Shown here one piece after another: positions 1 to 12,116 of a DNA stretch of 50,444 nt. Within the stretch, counting starts at the first letter, position 1, and each line of letters opens with the position of its first letter. The translations under genes were made by a program, and so were the position numbers. Origin of the DNA: Nemertoderma westbladi (taxonomy: Eukaryota > Animalia > Xenacoelomorpha); NCBI GenBank assembly GCA_032718475.1, contig JAUCBJ010000436.1, forward strand, positions 1-50,444, in the 5' to 3' direction. The notes beneath the pieces were generated by a model, which was not told the origin of the DNA, searched no databases, and worked only from the letters and a program-made list of their open reading frames with translations.

Positions 1-5
1 CTATC

Positions 6-182
6 TTTATTGAACTGTTATTTGTTATTTTGTACGGATATTTTGTACGAGTAACTATTATTTCGTCCAAGGACTGTTATAACGTCCGAGGCGAAGCCGA
101 GGACTTATAACACGTCCGAGGACGAAATAATAGTTACGAGTACAAAATATCCGTACAAAATAACAAATAACAGTTCAATAAA
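6..182. repeat. Long near-perfect palindrome (hairpin repeat)
   Basis: 6-68 (TTTATTGAACTGTTATTTGTTATTTTGTACGGATATTTTGTAC..TAACTATTATTTCGTCC) pairs with 120-182. The loop contains CCGAGGCGAAGCCGAGG. Confidence 0.9.
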
Positions 183-1179
183 TGTGTTGTCTCCCTGAGA
201 AGGTTAACAATTCTAAAAGGGTTTTGTTTGGGGGAGAGTAAAGAAAATGGGGCATGGAATTTTTGGGGGATAATATAAATAACGGTATTTATTACGGACT
301 CTATTTAAAAAACTCAATATTTTAGCGGGAAATAATTACAAGTAATAATACAGTAAGTAATTTAAGCGTTTTTATTTAATTTCTCTATGTAAATAGACTG
401 ACCATTGATGATGTTACAGTAGAAAATTCCCTCCCTCAATATTTCGACTGCGGGCAGGTGACAGACTAATCAGTTTAATTGAATTATTACTCATTGTTGC
501 TCTTTCTTCATTGGCGGAAGACATATTTCACGGCTCGGGTCTCAGCGAAGTCAGGCTAAGCTGATCCTCTCATGGGGGTTTTTGTTTAATATGGTGGTAC
601 AGGAGAACATTGTAGATACATTGTGACACAGCTGTAGTTAATTTGGCAGAATGGTTGGTCAGCGTTTCTAAGAGATGGATCTACCGTTTTGTGAAACTCA
701 CTCCAAGGCACTCAGGATTTAGGCGACGCCCATTCCCACCATTTTCATTCTCATACCTCTGCCATCGGACTATTTAACATACAAACCATTCTAGAACATA
801 TTATGTATTTTGTTACATTATTATGACAACTTATCAGCGTTCTAGTGATATCTCCACAACGAGCGAGGTACCATTTACAGCATTGCGGCCTATAGGACGG
901 AACCCTGTAAAGTATTCATAATTTAATAGCAATAAACTCCTAAACGTCTTGACTGTTCTCAGTCTATCGATGAGAGCCATATTGTACTGTAAGTGTAACA
1001 TTATTTACGTTACATTTGTTACAATAACTGCAAGCAATTTCTTAAAAAGGATATCAATTTCACTTATATCACTAGAGAGTGAACATTTCAATATTAAATA
1101 TAATAATTTTAAGCGTTGAAAACGCAGACAAGTTTACATAATGTAACAAAATTACGCACCCAATACATCATTCAGCCAT

Positions 1180-1300
1180 TGTGTGAAAAGGGCACTGTTC
1201 TGTTAACAGCGTTTATATTTATGTAAACCTCACTCGCTCCACTCGCTCGTTACATAAATACACTCGGGTCATAACTCTGAGAAGTGCTAGTTTTCACACA
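1180..1300. repeat. Degenerate short palindromic repeat
   Basis: TGTGTGAAAA...TTTTCACACA ends, an inner TATTTATGTAA/TTACATAAATA pair, and a central CACTCGCTCCACTCGCTCG. Confidence 0.55.
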
Positions 1301-2293
1301 ATCATGTAAATAGTTTTGTATTTCAAGAATATTAGTTAAATAAATGGTTTGGCGCGTCTTCACCCGCGTCCAATCTTCGTCTGATCGGGGGAAATGAGCA
1401 GATTACAGAAACGGCAGGTTACATATGACTTTTTCTAACCAAAACAATAAACAATGTTGCTAATAATCATTTTGAGAGCGAAGTTTTCTCCGGCCGAAGT
1501 TTGCTGCGTACCAAATAAATGGCCACACAAAACATCAGAGGAAATGCAATAATGCCAATATGCCAGTCAAGTCAGCCTGCACTTTACATACATTACTCTT
1601 GTATTCTTGTATGCCGCCTTTCCAGCGGCAACAACAAAGCAGCAAAAAGATACCAATATTTCTTGATGTACAAAGGGTGCAATATTGAGGAGACACTTTT
1701 TGCAAACGCTTGCAAAGTAAGTAGTGAGAAAGTTAATTTCTCCCACCTACCGAAAAATTCGAGTTCATACTGCCTATCTATATTTCAAAGTTTTCCTGAT
1801 ATCATTAAAGATTTGTAAAAAATATAGCGGAGAGGGAGAGAGTTGCCCAGTTAAGGGGCCGCATTCGTAATTACGACTTGTCGCTCAATTAGGATAAAAA
1901 ATTTAGTGCTATATTTTTTCACAACTGTGGCTAAGTGATAACCTTGAATACATACCAGAATAACTTTAAAATTATTTATGATGGCCTAGTCTCTGTATAG
2001 TATAGTAGCCTCCATTGCGCTAAATGAAATGGGAAACTTAAAATTTTCTAGAATAATTGTAGGCCAATAGAATAATGTTCATGTGGAATCCTTACCTTAG
2101 TATAATTATGTAAAAATGCTGTAGCTAATATTCTAGAAAATTAATACAACTTGACGATTTCAAAAATGCTACAAATTTCCGTACAATATAACACAATTTG
2201 CGTACTATATAACACAATTTGCGTAAAAAATAAATAACACTTTTAGTACGGAAATTTTGATATATAGGAATTATTACGGGATTTAGGGGAGAC

Positions 2294-2569
2294 AACAAAT
2301 AATTATTTCAAAAATAGGTGTATTACAGTAGGCAGTAAATAACACTAACTACCATAAAAAATACTACCAAAACATATATAACACGAGTATAAATAAAATT
2401 CAAAATTTTGGTACCCATGCAGCCATGTGCCATGCTATACTAATATCAAATTACATTGGTGCTAATATGACCTGTTTCAAACATAGTGAATGTAGTTTTC
2501 CACAATCAAAATAGCGAGAACTAATGGAATGTATGTAGTAAAAGTATAAACGGAAGGAAACATGTTGTA
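2294..2569 (+). repeat. 276-bp direct repeat, copy 1 (copy 2 at 9146-9421)
   Basis: Appears identical to 9146-9421 by eye, from AACAAATAATTATTTC to GGAAACATGTTGTA. Confidence 0.9.
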
Positions 2570-3513
2570 AATTAAAATATTTTTGGTGGAATTTCTTAAA
2601 CTTTATTATATCTGTTGAAAGAGCACCGACGAAGAAAAGGTTTGCATGTAGGCCTAATTTGAGCAAAATCCATGCACTTTCAAAAGTTATTGCAACTTTA
2701 GTGTCTGCAGGGCGAAGTCAAAAGCGGAACTCATATCCAATATTCTTATATTCTGATATTGGTTTATGTCATATGTTGTTACAGTATACTGGTATAAGCA
2801 CTTTAGTCTGTTAGTTGTTGAGTTACACTCTTTAGTTACGTAATAATTATTCAAGAACACACAATTATTTAACATTGAGTATGGAAAGGAACCCATAAGG
2901 AGTTGGAAACAATACAAAATACAAATACAATACAATACATAGTAAAATAATACATTTCAATTTATTTTTTGTTTTTTAACCTCTTTATCGCTCTATTTTT
3001 TACCTACTAAAGACAAATAATTGAACAACTAAAATGAAAATGTACCATGTACGTCAATAATTTAAGACTAAAATTATGTATTACATGGTAAAAAAAATCG
3101 TACTGTAAAACATTTTTTTCCAATTCTCTCTTGACCCATTTTGAACCTCGGTGATGCTTGGTAAATAAAATGCCTCTAGAATAGTGAAAAAAATTATACT
3201 CTTTTCCCATGTAATAAATAATTGTTACATTCAGCAATATACTGTACAGTAATATTGGTAATTGCATAGTGCAGTAGTGGACTGTCACTCTGTCAGGCCT
3301 ATGTAATAATACAATAATGAAGGATTACGAAATAATGTTAATCACTTACTCCACAATGTTAGATGGACTCACAAAAACCGTAGTTCTTACAGTAAAGTAC
3401 CGTAGCCGATTTTCCCTCATTCTTTTAGTAAAAACTGAATTTTTTGTCAATTTTTTTACATTTAACAATAGGGCCTAAAATAGAATATGCCTATTATGAC
3501 TTTGGCACTTAAA

Positions 3514-4813
3514 ACAGTTAGGGTAGGTTTCTTAAATAGGAAGTTTTTTTGTATTCCTATATAGGAAATCTTGCTTCCTATATAGGAAGTTTTGGCCGTT
3601 TTTCGGAACATTTTCTTCGTTATCTTTTGAAATAAATTTTAGCTGCATATTTGAATTCCTGGTTATTGGAGGATAATCTATACTATGTTTGTTGTGAAAA
3701 CTAGACAAAAAACTATCTGTGTGTTCGCTTTCTATAGCCATTTTAAAAACGTTTTTAAAATCAATAATTATTCATGAAATAATTTTTTTTAATAATCAAT
3801 AATTATTCATGAAATAATTTTTTTTAATAATCAATAATTATTGATTATTACAAATATTTTTTTTAATAATCAATAATTACTTTTAATAATCAATAATTAT
3901 TGATTATTACAAATTTTTTTTTTAATAATCAATAATTATTCATGAATATTTTTTTTAATAATCAATAATTATTCATGCAATATTTTTTTAATAATCAATA
4001 ATTATTCATGCAATATTTTTTAAATAATCAATAATTATTCATGAAATAATTTTTTTTAATAATCAATTTATCACACCATAACTTATTTGCTTGCCTTCAA
4101 TCTTCAAAAATTTACATATATTTGCATCAGCACATTGACATCTAAACATGGCACATTTCTTCATCCAAGAACTTGTAGGGAGCGACATTTCACTTTTTAA
4201 ATGTAATAAAATACTAAGAAATTGCAAAATGATGTTTTAAAACAATATAGTAAATAAGTTAGTGTGTTATTGCTGTACTCGTGTACTGTTCTGTACTGTA
4301 CTGTTAGCTTCTGTACTACTGTACTATAGTAGTACTGTCAGACTGTAGTTCTATATAATGTACAATGAAATTTACAGTAATATACTGTTATTTCTGTATT
4401 TACCAGTTTACATTCTTAAATAAATCCTCTTAAAATGAACTGGCAAGTCACCATTTTCTTAATTAAGAAAAATCAAGACATAAAATATTTAAATAAGAAA
4501 TAAGCAGATAAGGTAAACTCCTAAATAGGAAGTCCAAAAAATATTTCCTATATAAGAAATTCTCGGAAAAAGTAATGTTTTTAAAATGGCTATAGAAAGC
4601 GAACGCACAGATAGTTTTTTTTCTAGTTTTCACAACAAACGCAGTATAGATTATCCTCCAATAACCAGGAATTCAAATATGCCGCTAAAATTTATTTCAA
4701 AAGATAATGAAGAAAATGTTCCGAAAAACGGCCAAAACTTCCTATATAGGAAGCAAGATTTCCTATATAGGAATACAAAAAAACTTCCTATTTAAGAAAC
4801 CTACCCTAACTGT
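3514..4813. mobile_element. Non-autonomous long-TIR (MITE/foldback-like) element
   Basis: About 237-bp inverted repeats at 3514-3750 and 4577-4813 (ACAGTTAGGGTAGG...CCTACCCTAACTGT). The mirrored ORFs 3532-3741(-) and 4586-4795(+) are nearly identical. No clear TSD. Confidence 0.85.
3755..4067. repeat. AT-rich minisatellite, about 35-bp unit AATAATCAATAATTATTCATG(A)..(T)n
   Basis: The unit is visibly repeated in tandem inside the TIR element and is partly self-complementary. Confidence 0.85.
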
Positions 4814-6082
4814 AAAATAGTGTACAATTTTTCAATATTCGGTATTCGGTACCGAATTTGCTGAATTTTTTTCAAATTAGGTTTGGTTCCGGTTCGGCAA
4901 AATTTTAAATTCGGTCGATCCATACTAGGTACTGCAGTACTGGTACGGTACTTATCTACTACAGTCAGCTAGTTAGCGAGTTACGTACTGTAGGTAACTG
5001 TCTGTCCGTGATAAATTAATTACTTAATTTTAAATTGAAAATTCATAAATCTGTAAATTATGAAATTAATTAGGCCTATGACTATGCAGCTATTAGCTAT
5101 TGGTGAACGATAACCATACTTTAGTTTTTGTTATAGGCCTAAAAAATAAAATTTTTAAAATTTTTGAAAAACTCCGGCTCCTGCTTCGGCTCTGGCCAAA
5201 TCCCAACTCCGGTCGAGCCTTACTTTGCAGTTACTGGTACCCCCATGTAAAGAATACCAGGATTTCACCAAAAACACAGGTTACAGTTACAGAAGGGCTG
5301 AATGCCAGGCCTATAGCCTGTATAAGGCGAAGGTAGGCGCCGCCTACCCAAACATTGGTCTCGCCATGACCTACTAAATATACGACCATGAAAGCTGCAT
5401 TCTACCTTCTAAATTTAGTAGGCACATGTTTTGAAAATAATTTTTCATATATTTGAAAGGATTTTATAATAAAAGTCTTCTAGAACATTTTTTTTATGAT
5501 TCATTTCAATAGTCAAGTATTATAATTTTGAAACAACTTATTTTAACCACCACAGTACCACCACAGTACCTATTTTATGTTGATCTATTTACAGTTTGTG
5601 CTCGTATTCTATGTGATAGTTCTACATGATCTATTTGTGTCTGTATATTTTAATAATTAAAAATTTATAATAATATATCCATATAATAACTTATTTTAAT
5701 AGCTATTTTTATATATTACTAGTAAATGCCAGTTCCACTTCGTTGGTGCATACCTATGCCATCCCCTGGAATATTGTGTCTTAATTCAGTGACTTAAAGG
5801 CCACCAATTATTCTACAAATCTTAACGTGTCAGAATATTTATTTTCGCTTTCAATCCTTAACTACATCGTTTGAAAAGTATTTTATTGAGTCTATTTAAT
5901 TACTATATATATATATATATTTTTTTTTTTTTTAATCATTACACCCCAGGCGGGGGGGGGGGGGGGGGGGGGGGGGGGTAAGAGTCAGTTTAATTATTTC
6001 AATATATATAAGTTATAATTATTATAGCACAACATTCGAAACCGTAAAATAGGTAGGTACAGTACTAATATAATGTAAATAA

Positions 6083-6388
6083 TTATTTAGAGTTAGATGC
6101 AAGAATAGACAACCGAGGGCATTGGGGACAGATAAGGCAGTGATATCGGTCAGAGCAGCATAGGTCACAGAATCGACATAGACATTCGCTTGAAAGTGGA
6201 TGAAATGGTGTTGGGTTCAGACATATTTTAAAATGGAATCCGTGGGAAGTAGCTCGAGTAATTATGTGTCTGTTAGTCTGATGGGGGCGTTTCCATATAT
6301 CTGATTTAAAAGCTGGTCCGTTTGAATATCCTTCATTGATGAAATTTGATTCTCGGTCAGCCCGGTGTATCCTGTATGATGATATACT
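6083..6388 (-). pseudogene. C-terminal zinc-knuckle segment of the LINE ORF2
   Basis: Continues in frame from 9926 (..NHD-I/S-ISSYR..) once the Harbinger element is removed. Contains CLCRFCDLCCSDRYHCLICP. Confidence 0.7.
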
Positions 6389-7497
6389 GGGTGGTTTGAA
6401 TAAAAACAAGTATGTACTCTAAAGTATATACTTCATGGATAAGTAAAGAGTAAAGTTTTAAGGGGAAGTATTGAGTAAAGTATAGAGTAAAGTTTAGTTG
6501 ATGGCTTGAATAAAACAATACTTATGCGCATACTCTTTACTCTATACTTTACTTGTGCTAGCAAACCAATCACAGTTCGCCTATTAAACGTAAAGCTTGT
6601 AATTGGCTGATGGCACAATATTGTTGCTGTTGCTATGTAAACGCCATAAACAAATATACATAGGCTAAATTTGTTTTCTTTGTAATAACTAATCGCCTGT
6701 AAATTTCCTTTCAGTTCTTCAGAATCGGTACCGGTGTGGCGTGGAATGTACGTACACTCCTAAAGGAAGTATAAAATTGTGTGGTAGCTATAGTTATTAG
6801 TGTTAGCTAGTGAAATTTATGGTAGCTTGTTTATCTCAAAAAATAGCTATATTATTCGTAAATTTTTTTAAAATAAATTTAGTTTCTTTTAACATTTTTT
6901 TTACTTTGTGTTTTTTCATGGTAGCTTGTATTTAAATGTTAGCTTGTACTTTTAAAATAATATGCCAAATAGTGTAATACAAAATGGAATAACAATATAG
7001 TATAATACATGATGAAATAACAACTAAACTAAAAATTTGTAAAATAGCTTTATAATGAAAATTTTTAAAACACTAGCTACCATTAAAAAACACTAGCTAC
7101 CTTAAAAATACATCGGCTATCAAAGATTTAGTACAAGCCGATCATATTCATAAAAAATTTATAAACGTCGCTTACATAACTATGTTAAATGTCCATTAAA
7201 ATGGTGAAAAATATCGTACTAGTACCTGTGCAGTAGCTAATTCTGTGCCACATAATACTGTAACACCCCCCCCCCCCCCCCCCCCCCCACTAAACCACAT
7301 CCCGACCTCTGCCAACCTATTGAAAATTTGAACTGCTTATTATTCAGTCTTTTCCTGTAAAGTGTGTATACCTTTGCTTCACACCGGTACCACACCTTCA
7401 ATTCCATAGTAATACTCGTTATGGCAAACAAGTGAGGTGATCAAAACCAATTAGACTCTATGTTAGCTCTTCCACTTCCGGTAACAGCCAGTATATA

Positions 7498-8532
7498 TTA
7501 GATTTGTCCATATTGTTCCACTATTATTGTGGCAATCTCATTCCGTTTCTGTTGACCAGATGCACGCAATGCTGTCTCAGTTAATTCTTCTGCCGGTTCG
7601 TATTCGTCATTAATCTCGGGAGCATCCTCTTCATCTGGGTTCATCGGAACTACATCTGATAAATAAAGCCCGACATTGTGAAGGATGAAACACGCCATTA
7701 TCACTCGCGGAACACTTTCAATCGCAATACGCATGGGATGCTTTAGAATTGTAAAACGACGTTTTATAGCGCCAAACATCCGCTCAACAATGGAACGTTC
7801 GGACTTGTGCATTTTGTTGAAAGTGTAGTCAGCGTGAGACTCAGGATTTTCGTACGGCGTCATTAGGTATGGAGCAATACCATACCCTTGATCCGCAAGG
7901 AGCAAGCAGTTCCTGTTTCTTAAATATGACGCCAATCCAGAAGTTTTAAAGATGCGCGAATCGTGAACCGATCCCGGCCACTGGGCAACTACACTTGTTG
8001 CCTCCATAAAACGATTGCAGGTGGCTTGAACATTTATAGAAGGAAACTTTTTTCTATTTAGAAATTCGTTTGGGTAGTATCTATTTGGCGGTTTTTCTAT
8101 GGGAATGTGTGTTCCATCTACACAACCGATGCACTGTGGGAAATTGAATTTATATTGCCACTGCTCCCTAGACGTCAGTATGTCCTGGTCGGTGACAGGA
8201 AACTTTATCCAATGATGTTTCTTTTCCACTATTTTGGCAATAGTGGAATGAAACGTTCTACAAACCGTAGAATGGTTCACACCCATATCCTCACCGACAC
8301 CTAGCTGAAAACCAGGATCAGCCAAATAACGCAATGAGATCTCTACCCGCTGTTTATTTGACAGACAACCACCCCGCGTTTCGCCCTTATCTTCGCCCAA
8401 AAAATGGGTTGCGATCCAATCTACATTATCCTCACGAAATCTAAACAACCGCTTATAATCATGAACATAGGCAACTTGCCGAGCCGCGTACTCCTTAACT
8501 TTCCTGGGTTGAATTACTAAAATATCCGACAT
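7498..8532 (-). CDS. Harbinger/HARBI1-like DDE transposase (344 aa, intact)
   Basis: Motifs FPQCIGCVDGTHI, INVQATC, WPGSVHDSRIF, LLADQGY, RSIVERMFGAIKRRF and ACFILHN. Confidence 0.95.
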   Translation of the reverse strand: MSDILVIQPRKVKEYAARQVAYVHDYKRLFRFREDNVDWIATHFLGEDKGETRGGCLSNKQRVEISLRYLADPGFQLGVGEDMGVNHSTVCRTFHSTIAKIVEKKHHWIKFPVTDQDILTSREQWQYKFNFPQCIGCVDGTHIPIEKPPNRYYPNEFLNRKKFPSINVQATCNRFMEATSVVAQWPGSVHDSRIFKTSGLASYLRNRNCLLLADQGYGIAPYLMTPYENPESHADYTFNKMHKSERSIVERMFGAIKRRFTILKHPMRIAIESVPRVIMACFILHNVGLYLSDVVPMNPDEEDAPEINDEYEPAEELTETALRASGQQKRNEIATIIVEQYGQI

Positions 8533-9145
8533 CTTTCCTCTTAACAGGGCTTATTATTATAATAATAAATAATGTATTTTTTAAATAACTATTTAAAAAA
8601 AAAATTTGATTATTAAATCATAGCAGCGCTTTGCAAGTGTTTAGCTAATTTTTCTTATTTTTTTAAAAATAGTTATTCAAAATATGCAAGTAAAAGTACA
8701 GGCACTAGTATAGCATGGGTATCAAAATTTTGAATTTTGCTTATACTCTTTTTATATGTGTTTTGGTTGTATATCATAGTGTTCTAGAATATAGCTGGAA
8801 CTTCTCCCACGATACTATGGTAGCTAGTAAATATTTTTGTGGTAGATAGTAATTTTTTATGTTAGCTATAAAAAAAAGAAAAGTTTTATTTTATGTAAAT
8901 AATTGTTTAATTTTTCTGAAGTTTAGTTTAAGTTTCCTGAATGAGATCCATTACATTACTCTACGAAAATAATTTAGGCTAGTTAACCCAGCAACAATAG
9001 ATGCTTGTTAACAAACCAAAAACACATACAGTATACATACAAAAATTAAAAAATAATCCGTTTTAAACATAAATACGTACTGTACTATTACTAAGTAGTA
9101 AAAAAATAACTTGCTCCATAAAAACACTAGCTACAGTACTACTGT

Positions 9146-9421
9146 AACAAATAATTATTTCAAAAATAGGTGTATTACAGTAGGCAGTAAATAACACTAA
9201 CTACCATAAAAAATACTACCAAAACATATATAACACGAGTATAAATAAAATTCAAAATTTTGGTACCCATGCAGCCATGTGCCATGCTATACTAATATCA
9301 AATTACATTGGTGCTAATATGACCTGTTTCAAACATAGTGAATGTAGTTTTCCACAATCAAAATAGCGAGAACTAATGGAATGTATGTAGTAAAAGTATA
9401 AACGGAAGGAAACATGTTGTA
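9146..9421 (+). repeat. 276-bp direct repeat, copy 2 (inside the Harbinger element)
   Basis: Matches 2294-2569. Confidence 0.9.
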
Positions 9422-9925
9422 TGGCCATATATAGTACCATCGTAGTTCTTTAGTACTTTTTTTAGTTGATAATGTATTTTAAATATTTAAATATTTCAAA
9501 TACACACTGAAAATGGTTGATCCAGGCAATAGTAGCAGCAGGCTGTTCCTAATTACTATACCACTGGTAAGCAAGTGTTAATTCGAAAAGCTATAAAAAT
9601 TCTGGAATTCCTGTAACCAGGCTACAACCGATTGAATGGATAAATCCAACATGAAGTATTCCTTTCAAGCAACCTCTTGACATACCTTGCTATTTTTGAA
9701 GTATATACTTCTTTTATTCAAACCAACTCTACTCAATACTTTACTCAATACTTTACTCTAACCTTTACTCGTATACTTTACTCTAACCTTTACTCGTATA
9801 CTTTACTCGTATACTTTACTCGTATACTTTTCTTGTATACTTTACTTGTTTTATTCAAACCAATTTAACTTTTTTGGAGTACCTACTTGAGTATAAGTAT
9901 ATACTTGTTTTTATTCAAACCACCC

Positions 9926-10448
9926 AATATCGTGATTGAATGTGTTGGGAATATGTTCTAGAATTGATTCGATGAAAGTTTTCTGTGCGATAAGTTTGAG
10001 AGCCATTGTTGATGAAGCAGATTTATGAAGTGCGAGCATTGATTTGACGAAAGCGGATTTAATTTTATTAATTTCTTTCAGAAGGGTGAATGTGAAAAAT
10101 GGCCCGATTTCTGTAAAGGAATATGTTACTAGAGGGTATATTTTCATATTAAATAATTCAATCGCAGTTTCTGTAGATAATAATCGCAGGTGTTGAAGTG
10201 AGCCAATAACTCCGAACGCTTTCATTTTCTTTAGCTTTATGTGTGTTGAGAAAGATAAGGAAGGCTGAAGTGTTATTCCAAGATATTCATAGTTGTTCAC
10301 CAATTTAACATTATTATTTCCATATATAAAAGTGTCGTCCTTACTAAAGCGTCCACCTTTACGGAACTTCACGATCTTAGTTTTCAGTAGATGCACTTCC
10401 ATTCCATTTGAGTTGCACCAAGCGAATATGACATCGAGAGCTGATTGG
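9926..10448 (-). pseudogene. LINE reverse transcriptase C-terminal/thumb segment
   Basis: QSALDVIFAWCNSNGMEVHLLKTKIVKFRKGG...YEYLGITL joins FYADDLVIYSRNKEDIQS across the 10449-16420 insertion. Confidence 0.9.
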
Positions 10449-11020
10449 TATGGTGGCCCTGAGCGGCCAAAAGTTTGTTTTTTGTAATCTTTTTTTTTGT
10501 TCACCCGACTTTTGTAAACTCGTTCGAACGACTTTACAAAACTCGGGAAAACAAATCTAATTGGCTGGAGTGGTTTCTATACCAACAAACATCCAATCAA
10601 GTTTGTTTCCCCGACTTTTGCAAACTCGTTCGAACGACTTTACAAAACTCAGGAAAACAAAAGTTTGTTTTTTGTAATCTTTTTTTTTTGTTCACCCGAC
10701 TTTTGTAAACTCGTTCGAACGACTTTACAAAACTCGGGAAAACAAATCTAATTGGCTGGAGTGGTTTCTATACCAACAAACATCCAATCAAGTTTGTTTC
10801 CCCGACTTTTGCAAACTCGTTCGAACGACTTTACAAAACTCAGGAAAACAAAAGTTTGTTTTTTGTAATCTTTTTTTTTTGTTCACCCGACTTTTGTAAA
10901 CTCGTTCGAACGACTTTACAAAACTCGGGAAAACAAAAGTTTGTTTTTTGTAATCTTTTTTTTTGTTCTCCCGACTTTTGCAAACTCGTTCGAACGACTT
11001 TACAAAACTCGGGAAAACAA
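10449..11020 (+). repeat. Left TIR with internal tandem modules
   Basis: Repeated module CCCGACTTTTG(T/C)AAACTCGTTCGAACGACTTTACAAAACTC with the palindromic core TCGTTCGAACGA. Confidence 0.9.
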
Positions 11021-12116
11021 ACGTAATTGGTTGGTTAGTGAATTTCCAAAATATATTAGTTGCTCCTGTCTCCCTAACAACCAATGAACTAATACATGAA
11101 GTAGGTTTAATTGGCGTGGGAAAATTAACATGATATACTTCTTTGTTACTACAGGTTTAGGTTCATTTATGTTAAACTAATACTAAGGAGCAGTTGTTTC
11201 TGAAGGCCTACTGTATGTATCTGTACTGTAGGCAATCTCAGTATGAGTGTTGACGGCCTAATGTGTTGTGCGGTATATTTGTGGGGATCCTATTAGCATA
11301 CCTCTGTTATGTCCAGTAGTAATTCCTCAGTTACGTCTGAAATTTCTGATCTGGAGGACTTCCAAAAGGAAAGAAAGAAGCGACTGAATGCGTTAATTGA
11401 ACGTGTCCGATCTCATAAGCGATACAAGAAGCCCAAGTCGCCTAAAACAAGAACCGTTAAAGCCCATCATAAAACTATAGACAATTATCAGGGGAATAGA
11501 AATGCGTGTCGTTCTACCCGTAACATAGAAATTGGGTGGAAAGTTTGTCAGAATAACGATTTTATTCAAATTAGAACTTCTAAAGGTGGTGGGACTCGAA
11601 GTATCCGATTTGATAAACAATCTACGATCCGTAATGTTTTGACCACTGGCATCGACCTATTTTATCCAAATGGCGAAAATTCATTCGGAAGGAGAGAAAA
11701 CTTCGAATATCATTTAATGGACTGGGCCAATAATGTTTGCAGTGAAGAAGACTTAAATAAAACTGTAGCTGAATATTACACTCGAACTGGATTTAAAACT
11801 TTGAGGTTTTACGTAGGATCGCGTTACCAAGAACCTGTCACCAGTGCGACTGAACATACAGCAGGAATGAGTAGTCAAGATCGCAACCCCACAACAACCC
11901 ATGATAATGATGCAAATCGTGGGATCCTTGGTGTAAATGAATCTGTTGCTGTTACACCAACACCGGAAGATTGGGCTGAACCAATTCCATTAATGATCAA
12001 CAACCAAAGTGATATTGAAGAAGTTTATAGATCGACAGCAACTGCTGGTAGTAGTTCATACGATTTCCGTCCACGCGATACTGTGCGGGCTCCACATCAT
12101 TTTGGATTTGATGAAA

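Larger units (their letters stand above)
6389..9925 (-). mobile_element. PIF/Harbinger DNA transposon
   Basis: Perfect 25-bp TIRs GGGTGGTTTGAATAAAAACAAGTAT (6389-6413 / 9901-9925). Subterminal TACTTTACTC repeats at both ends. 3-bp flanks ACT/AAT (one mismatch). Encodes a DDE_Tnp_4-type protein. Confidence 0.9.

Noticed and set aside
1519-3288. Several short ORFs of 70-100 aa
   Set aside because: AT-rich chance ORFs without motifs.
3532-4795. Pair of near-identical 69-aa ORFs on opposite strands
   Set aside because: They are a by-product of the inverted repeats and have no recognisable domain.
4835-5225. Short TTCGG/TCCGG-rich stretches resembling hAT MITE ends
   Set aside because: Only single ends are visible, with no partner TIR or TSD.
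5952-5978. Long G/C homopolymers (also near 7266, 25796, 25975, 43107 and 46740) as G-quadruplex elements
   Set aside because: They are frequent throughout the window, their lengths are unreliable in sequencing, and nothing points to function.
10449-11020. Repeat array with palindromic units resembling a CRISPR array
   Set aside because: The spacers are themselves repeated, the array is mirrored at 15985-16420 as a TIR, there are no cas genes, and the context is eukaryotic.
10475-11084. ORFs 10475-10708 and 10788-11084 (and 15975-16394, 16005-16220, 16076-16312)
   Set aside because: They are translations of TIR repeats with no sign of real coding function.
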